This document shows, piece after piece, positions 58,075 through 64,000 of a stretch of DNA of 64,000 nt. The notes beneath the pieces were generated by a model. That model was given only the letters and a program-made list of their open reading frames with translations. It did not search any database and had not been told where the DNA came from. Source of the DNA: an uncultured bacterium (lineage in GTDB: Bacteria; Patescibacteriota; Patescibacteriia; UBA9570; XYC2-FULL-38-9); contig CALKUP010000002.1 of the NCBI GenBank assembly GCA_937996685.1, positions 177,066 to 241,065 on the forward strand. Direction: 5' to 3'. The translations under genes were made by a program, and so were the position numbers. Numbering within the stretch: position 1 is the first letter of the stretch; each line of letters opens with the position of its first letter.

Positions 58075-58917
58075 ATGAAAAAAGAAATTATAGAATCTCT
58101 TACAAATAACTTTGAATCGTACGCTAATAAAACTGATGAAGGCGTTGAATTTTGGTTGGCTCGAGATTTACAACAGTTATTAGGATATGGTAAATGGGAT
58201 AACTTTTTGAAAGTCATCGCTAAGGCAAAGATAGCCTGCGAAACAACAGGTCATGTAGTTGCCGATCATTTTGCCGACGCCGGGAAAACGATCGGCATGC
58301 CTAAAGGTGCTCAAAAAGAGATATTAGATATAATGCTTACTCGATATGCGTGCTATTTGATCGCTCAAAATGGTGATCCGCGTAAAGAAGAGGTTTCGTT
58401 CGCACAAAACTATTTTGCACTCCAAACAAGGAAGTTAGAAATCATTGAAAAAAGAATTCAGGATTCCGAGAGATTGTTAGCGCGCCATAAGTTAGTTGAA
58501 ACCGAGAAAATGCTTTCCAGTGTTATTTTTCAACAAACAGGAAGTAATAAAAATTTTGGTTTAATACGAAGTAAGGGTGATAAGGCATTATTTGGTTACA
58601 GTACAGTACAAATGAAAAATAAGCTTGGTGTTCCAAAAACAAGACCGTTGTCAGATTTTCAGCCAACAATTATTTTAAAAGCTAAAGATTTTGCGACTGA
58701 AATTACAATTTTTAATACAAAAGAAAAGGGCTTGGCCACCGAGGAAGGAATTTCTGAAGAGCATGTCACGAACAACAGAAGTGTCAGAAAAACCCTCATA
58801 TCACGTGGTATTTACCCTGAAAATCTGCCCCCAGAAGAGGACATTAAAAAGCTTGAGCGCAAAATGAAGTCTGAGGAGAAAAAGGGATTAAAGAAACCAG
58901 AGACGCTTGATGTGTAA
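58075..58917 (+). CDS. dinD: DNA damage-inducible protein D (Bro-N family)
   Basis: EFWLARDLQ.LLGY..W.NF and LTRYACYLIAQNGDPRK..FAQ.YFA.QTR. Confidence 0.88.
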   Translation: MKKEIIESLTNNFESYANKTDEGVEFWLARDLQQLLGYGKWDNFLKVIAKAKIACETTGHVVADHFADAGKTIGMPKGAQKEILDIMLTRYACYLIAQNGDPRKEEVSFAQNYFALQTRKLEIIEKRIQDSERLLARHKLVETEKMLSSVIFQQTGSNKNFGLIRSKGDKALFGYSTVQMKNKLGVPKTRPLSDFQPTIILKAKDFATEITIFNTKEKGLATEEGISEEHVTNNRSVRKTLISRGIYPENLPPEEDIKKLERKMKSEEKKGLKKPETLDV

Positions 58918-58950
58918 GTGTTAATTTTGAATAAGTAAAAAGATTAGATT

Positions 58951-60350
58951 ATGACAGCCCAAGAAACACAAATAATTACCTTTGATTGTAAAAACTTATT
59001 CCCAGTTTTTGAAGAGCATTTAAAAATTGAAAATAATTCACGGGTATTTTTTTTCCGCAAAATATGGGACAGGGAAAACATATTTTTTAAACCAGTTTTT
59101 TCAAGACAGTGAAGACTATGAGGTTTTTCATCTATATCCGGTAGATTACCAGATCGCATCAAATGAAAATATTATTGATTTTTTAAAAGCTGATATTTTA
59201 GTTGAGCTTCAGAAAAAACACAACGGGATTATTGAGCCTAATGATTATAGTAACTTTCTCGATCTTCAAAGGCTTTTATATGTCTGGAGCAAAGACCATG
59301 TTGTTGATATTTCCAAATTTATTGGGAGTCATGTGTCACGATTAGCATTATTAGGCAAGCCATTTAAAGATGTTGTAGATTTAACAGAGAGTTTTTTGAG
59401 CTTTAAAAAACAAATTGAATCTGGAGACAAAGGCCGTGTTGAGAATTTTTTAAAGGATTTAAAAAACAAAAAGATTTCTGAAGCTGATCCAATGAGTGAT
59501 TTGTTAAAAAGCAAAATTGAATTGGTTAAAGAAAATAAAAAAAGTGTTTTAGTACTAGATGATTTAGACAGAATAGACCCACAACATGTTTTTCGTATGC
59601 TCAACTGTTTTTCTGCTCATTTTGACTCAAGCAATAATGAGCTCCCAAATAAGTTTGGTTTTGATGTTATTGTTTTGGTTGGCGATTTTGCAAACTTAAA
59701 ATCTATTTTTCACCATATGTATGGTAGTGAAACTGATTTTAATGGTTATTTTAATAAATTCTTCTCACGTGAAATTTTTCAGTTTAATAATAATCAGATA
59801 ATTTTCGATAGCTTAAGTCAAGTTATTTCAGCTTTTCCACACCACTCAACTTACAATGATGGCTTTATTAAAAAATGGATTTATTTTTATTTTAGCAGAA
59901 CTTTTATTAAAAAATGGCTTAGATTTAAATATTATTAGCACTAGACAAATTTTAAAAGGGGTCGGCTTTAAAATTCCCAGACTTTTAAGAACGTATAATT
60001 ATCCTCAAAGTGAACGACGAGTGTTAGATATTGACATGGTTCTTGATATTTTGGAAATAATATGCGGAGGTCTAAAGATAGACCTAATTGACTTTTTAGG
60101 TAAAATAAAAAATGCACATTTCAATAATGATGATATTCGTCGATTGCGTGAGTATTATATTAAGCCACTATTAAAAAAAGCAATAAAAAATTTAACAACT
60201 CATTCAAATGTCCCAACTCGTTGGCAAGGGTATGTTATTTATTTTAATGATCAAGGTGATTTACAAAGCGTCACGCAATCTAATTCGGGATCAAAATACG
60301 AGCATTTATTCCTTGACTTGCTCATCGATCATATTAAACAAAATCGTTAA
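58951..60350 (+). pseudogene. KAP family P-loop NTPase with two +1 frameshifts
   Basis: Walker A SAKYGTGKT and Walker B LVLDDLDRID. The frame breaks at T8 (59047-59054) and near A6 (59870-59875). Confidence 0.75.
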
Positions 60351-60373
60351 ATAAATATAGTAAATACTGCTTT

Positions 60374-60637
60374 TTAATTAACCATTTTAACAACTTGCTT
60401 TAGTTTTCGATATAAAAACCAGGAAATACAAAGCCAAATAAAGGATAGATTTAAAATTGTAGACGCAATAGCTGTTGTTATTGCTCCTGTGCTTGTTCCA
60501 AAAAATAAACCAAAGGCAAGGCCGACGATTGTTGACAAAATCCCTTTTGAAGCAATTTCTACGACTCCTGACATCCCGATAAAAAGAAATATACGAGCAT
60601 ATAGCAATAACTTGTTTTTTGTATTTTCTTTTTCCAT
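60374..60637 (-). CDS. Small membrane protein
   Basis: 87-aa hydrophobic ORF, AT-rich. Confidence 0.55.
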   Translation of the reverse strand: MEKENTKNKLLLYARIFLFIGMSGVVEIASKGILSTIVGLAFGLFFGTSTGAITTAIASTILNLSFIWLCISWFLYRKLKQVVKMVN

Positions 60638-60648
60638 TTTAATCTTAC

Positions 60649-62409
60649 TTACAACCCAATCTCTCGTTTCGCTATCTTTTCTTTCAGTTCCGCAATAAAC
60701 TGCTCTTTTGGAATTGAAACAGCATCTTGTTCGCCGCGCTTGCGAACCATCAAATCATCAGATTCCATTTCTTTATCACCAATAACCAACATATACGGCA
60801 CTTTTTTCATAACAGCTGTTCGAATCTTCTTGCCAACACCTTGATCGGAATGATCAGCTGCTGCGCGGATGCCAGAGGCTTGGAGTTCTGCAACGAGCTT
60901 GTCGACATGATCTCGATGTGTTTCACCAACAGAAATCAGCTGCACTTGAACAGGGGAGAGCCACACAGGGAAGCTGCCCGCAAAATGCTCAATAATAAAC
61001 GCCATGAACCGTTCATGTGTCGACAGTGGCGCACGATGAATAACATACACCTCATTATTCGCAGTGCCTGTTGAATCTGTGTAATGCAAATTGAATCGAG
61101 TCTTCGCAATGAAATCCAGTTGAATCGTTGACATCGTTTCTTCGCGACCAATCACAGAACGAAACTGTACATCAATCTTCGGGCCATAGAACGCAGCTTC
61201 ATCTGCTACTTCAACAAATTTCACGCCAGACAATTCCAACTCTTCACGCAACACACCTTCTGCAAATTCCCAATTTTCTGGTTCTTGTAAATATTTTTCT
61301 GTTTTCTCTGGATCCCATTTACTGAGACGGAACCAATAATCGTTTAAGCCAAATAATGTGAAGTAATATTGAGTCAGTTCAATCACTTTGCGAATTTCTT
61401 CTCGAATTTGATCTCGAGTCGCATAAATATGCGCATCGTTTTGTTCAAGCGCGCGCACACGAAGCAGTCCCGCAAGCGTTCCAGATAATTCATTGCGATA
61501 CACCATGCCATATTCCGCAAAGCGCAACGGCAATTCACGGAAACTGCGTGGACGATGGTTATACATCACATGATGCAATGGGCAGTTCATCGCTTTTAAA
61601 TAATACGTCCCGTCATCGATTTCCATTCCAGGATACATTGAATCAGCGTAGTAGGGCAGATGGCCAGATTGTTCAAAGAGTTCCTTCTTTGCCATATGTG
61701 GTGTTGAAACGCGGACGTAGCCATAAGCCTCTTCGGTTTCAACCGCAAGTCGTTCAATTTCATTGCGCATGATTGTGCCGTTTGGCAACCACAATGGAAG
61801 ACCTTTGCCGATTGTTTCATCAATAAAAAACAGCTCTTGTTCGCGGCCAATCTTTCGATGATCTCGCAATTTCGCTTGTTCAAGCATTTCTAAATGCGCT
61901 GCCAGCTCTTCAGCTGTTGCAAACAGGAAGCCATAAATGCGAGTCAGCATCGGATTTTTTTCATCACCTTTCCAATATGCTCCAGCAACACGATCGAGTT
62001 TTAATCCAAGAGCGGGTACTTCTTTTGAAGACTGCGAGTGACCACCACGACACAAGTCAGTGAATGCACCGATTGTGTAGAGAGACAACTCTTCGCCGCC
62101 GGCTTCTAATTCATCAATGAGTTGCAGCTTGAGTGGTTGTCCGGCCATTGCTGCGCGAGCTTCAGCAGCAGATACAACTGCGCCAGTCATTTCTAAATTC
62201 TGGGCAATCAATTTCTTCATCTGCTTTTCAAGCTTTGGCAGCATTGAATCAGAAAAAGCGACATCTTCTGGAAACAGAAAGTCATAATAAAAACCGTGTT
62301 CAATCGTTGGACCAATGCCAAGTTGCACTCCAGGAAATTGTGTGACAACAGCGCTAGCGAGAAGGTGAGCGGCAGTGTGTCGGGCGTTTGTGAGTTGTTC
62401 AGGTGTCAT
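60649..62409 (-). CDS. thrS: Threonine--tRNA ligase (no TGS domain)
   Basis: RHTAAH, DLCRGGH, DHRKIG, MNCP, GLLRVR, AFYGPKID and IHRA. Start moved to 62409. Confidence 0.97.
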   Translation of the reverse strand: MTPEQLTNARHTAAHLLASAVVTQFPGVQLGIGPTIEHGFYYDFLFPEDVAFSDSMLPKLEKQMKKLIAQNLEMTGAVVSAAEARAAMAGQPLKLQLIDELEAGGEELSLYTIGAFTDLCRGGHSQSSKEVPALGLKLDRVAGAYWKGDEKNPMLTRIYGFLFATAEELAAHLEMLEQAKLRDHRKIGREQELFFIDETIGKGLPLWLPNGTIMRNEIERLAVETEEAYGYVRVSTPHMAKKELFEQSGHLPYYADSMYPGMEIDDGTYYLKAMNCPLHHVMYNHRPRSFRELPLRFAEYGMVYRNELSGTLAGLLRVRALEQNDAHIYATRDQIREEIRKVIELTQYYFTLFGLNDYWFRLSKWDPEKTEKYLQEPENWEFAEGVLREELELSGVKFVEVADEAAFYGPKIDVQFRSVIGREETMSTIQLDFIAKTRFNLHYTDSTGTANNEVYVIHRAPLSTHERFMAFIIEHFAGSFPVWLSPVQVQLISVGETHRDHVDKLVAELQASGIRAAADHSDQGVGKKIRTAVMKKVPYMLVIGDKEMESDDLMVRKRGEQDAVSIPKEQFIAELKEKIAKREIGL

Positions 62410-62410
62410 G

Positions 62411-63727
62411 TTATTCGTTGGTTGTTTGATCAGTTGTTGCGTCTGCATTGGTGTTCGTTGTTGGAGATGGAGCGGCTGTGACAGTGACGGTAATATTTGA
62501 CGTTAAGCCAGGAGTACGCGCTGCCCAGAATGGTGATAGTTTTACATCAACCGTTTTCACTTCGTCAAATGAGAGGAGGTAGTCTTGGACTTCTTCTGGG
62601 GTTTTGTTTGTCAGCTTTTCCGGAGCGAGTTTGCTGTCTTTTGCGTCGAGTGTGTGTTTGAGAGTGATTGCAATTTCCAGTGAGCCGTCTGTTCCGGTTT
62701 CATTCAAGTTGCTCAATGTGATGGTTGTTGCGGAGAGAAGCTCATCATCACTCAAGACATTGCTCGCACCGTTTTGTTCTAATTGTTTTTTAATGAAGGT
62801 TTTCAATTTTTCTTGGTCGAGCGCAGCGGAGCCGACGGTCATTTTTTGTGTGACAGTGATTGTTGACGCAGAATCACCAGCCTCTGCTGTGCGTTCGTCT
62901 TTACTTGTTTTGACAAGAATTGGTTCTGCAACAAGATAGCCAAGTGATTTCAATTCATCTTTTTCTGTCATTTCTTTTGTGAAACGTTCTGCTGCAGTTG
63001 GGAATAATTCTGCTTGTAATTTCTTTTTTGCGTTTGCGATATCATTTTGTGTGACAGTCGCAGTTGCAGTTGCAGTAGTTGTTGTGTCGGTGCTTGTTTC
63101 CTCTGAAGCAGTCGTGGTTGTTTGGCCTGCGTCCGCGCCGCCAGTTGTTGCAGCGCTTGATGTCGCGTAAATCTTATCTTTCAATCCAGACCAGAGCGCG
63201 ACGACTTCGAAGGTTGTTGCATCGAGGTTTCCTTTGTTGCCAGCTTCATCCGCGAGAATGTCGACAGTGACTTCGCCGCCCGCTGGAACAGTAACCGTTT
63301 TTTGGGTGCGGAATAATACGCCGCTTTTTGAAAGCAGGCGAGTATTTGTGATCAATGGTTGATCTTTTGTGTATTTATTTGTGATGACAACTGTGCCTTT
63401 GGCTTTTGTCGCTTCAGTTGCAGTTGTGGTTTCTTTTTTCGGAGCAGGAGCAGCTGGCTTTGCTGTTTCGGTTGTGGCAGCGTCCGTTGCGATTGGATAA
63501 TCCGTGCTGCCTTCGACATCCGTTAATAATACAACGCCGGATAATTCAGCGACGGTGGTGTCGGCAGTGATTGTTTTGTCGACTGTTTCAGCCGTGACAG
63601 TGATCACTGTTTTTGTGAACGACACATAAATAATAACACCAACGAGCACGACTGCGATCAAGACAAAAATTTTTACCAGAACGCCGTACCATGATTCAAC
63701 TCGTGATTGTGAAAGAGTATTTTTCAT
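62411..63727 (-). CDS. Membrane-anchored baseplate-J-like domain protein
   Basis: N-terminal TM; AKGTVVITN, F.T...VTVPA...V...A...G..GN and TGG. Confidence 0.6.
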   Translation of the reverse strand: MKNTLSQSRVESWYGVLVKIFVLIAVVLVGVIIYVSFTKTVITVTAETVDKTITADTTVAELSGVVLLTDVEGSTDYPIATDAATTETAKPAAPAPKKETTTATEATKAKGTVVITNKYTKDQPLITNTRLLSKSGVLFRTQKTVTVPAGGEVTVDILADEAGNKGNLDATTFEVVALWSGLKDKIYATSSAATTGGADAGQTTTTASEETSTDTTTTATATATVTQNDIANAKKKLQAELFPTAAERFTKEMTEKDELKSLGYLVAEPILVKTSKDERTAEAGDSASTITVTQKMTVGSAALDQEKLKTFIKKQLEQNGASNVLSDDELLSATTITLSNLNETGTDGSLEIAITLKHTLDAKDSKLAPEKLTNKTPEEVQDYLLSFDEVKTVDVKLSPFWAARTPGLTSNITVTVTAAPSPTTNTNADATTDQTTNE

Positions 63728-63778
63728 ATCATTTTTTGACGCAAAAAAGAAGCCTTATTTGCCAAATTATTATATATA

Positions 63779-64000
63779 CTAGGCTGATTTTATCACATTG
63801 ACAGAGCCTTGTCCAAATAATGCTTCGATTTTTGGGACAGCCTCTTCGCTGATCATTTTTTGAGTGAAGAGTTCGCGGCCATCAGCGTATAAATAGGCGC
63901 CAAATTGCCCTGGAGTTGTGTCGAAAATGTCTTTTAGCGCCAAAAAGGTTTGTTTTTGGATTTTTGGTGGGGTCGTGATCATGATTCGGCCCTTTTCAAT
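63779..64000 (-). CDS. C-terminal fragment, possibly DNA polymerase III alpha
   Basis: LKDIF...PG...YL...IEALFG..SV resembles DnaE C-termini; truncated by the window edge. Confidence 0.35.
   Translation of the reverse strand: MEKGRIMITTPPKIQKQTFLALKDIFDTTPGQFGAYLYADGRELFTQKMISEEAVPKIEALFGQGSVNVIKSA

Noticed and set aside
62405-62415. T-box or leader upstream of thrS
   Set aside because: Only 1 nt separates thrS from the upstream gene.
62411-63727. Baseplate-J-like gene as prophage evidence
   Set aside because: Membrane-anchored, in an operon with thrS, and no other phage genes nearby.

Overview
A 64-kb bacterial chromosome segment. The gene repertoire suggests a Patescibacteria/CPR organism (inference): sigma70_r4-HARE-HTH protein, TrwB/HerA-like ATPase plus partner, baseplate-J-like membrane protein, DUF5656-like protein, bifunctional PGI/PMI. 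The backbone is AT-leaning and carries mnmA (3' end), an alpha-glucan degradation cluster (GH13, GH31, eukaryote-type hexokinase), a surface glycosylation cluster, secDF, prmC-prfA-rpmE, rpsB-tsf, tRNA-Thr(GGT), a Pif1-like helicase, uppS, a P1B ATPase, miaB and thrS. About nine short GC-rich units, nearly all with a Shine-Dalgarno (SD) site and many of them orphans, are scattered through it. Two low-GC inserts look defence-like: PIN-GNAT-EVE plus ASCH, and DinD plus a frameshifted KAP NTPase. The most striking signals are non-coding. (1) A type III hammerhead ribozyme (215..267, minus strand) lies in the 3' UTR of a 66-aa orphan, and its predicted cleavage product ends in 11 nt exactly complementary to the RBS and start codon of the neighbouring alpha-amylase. 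(2) A complete threonine leader-peptide attenuator (32434..32549) controls an orphan gene inside a tRNA-Thr-anchored island. No integrase, transposase, CRISPR array or rRNA was seen. All calls come from reading motifs by eye; no database searches were run.
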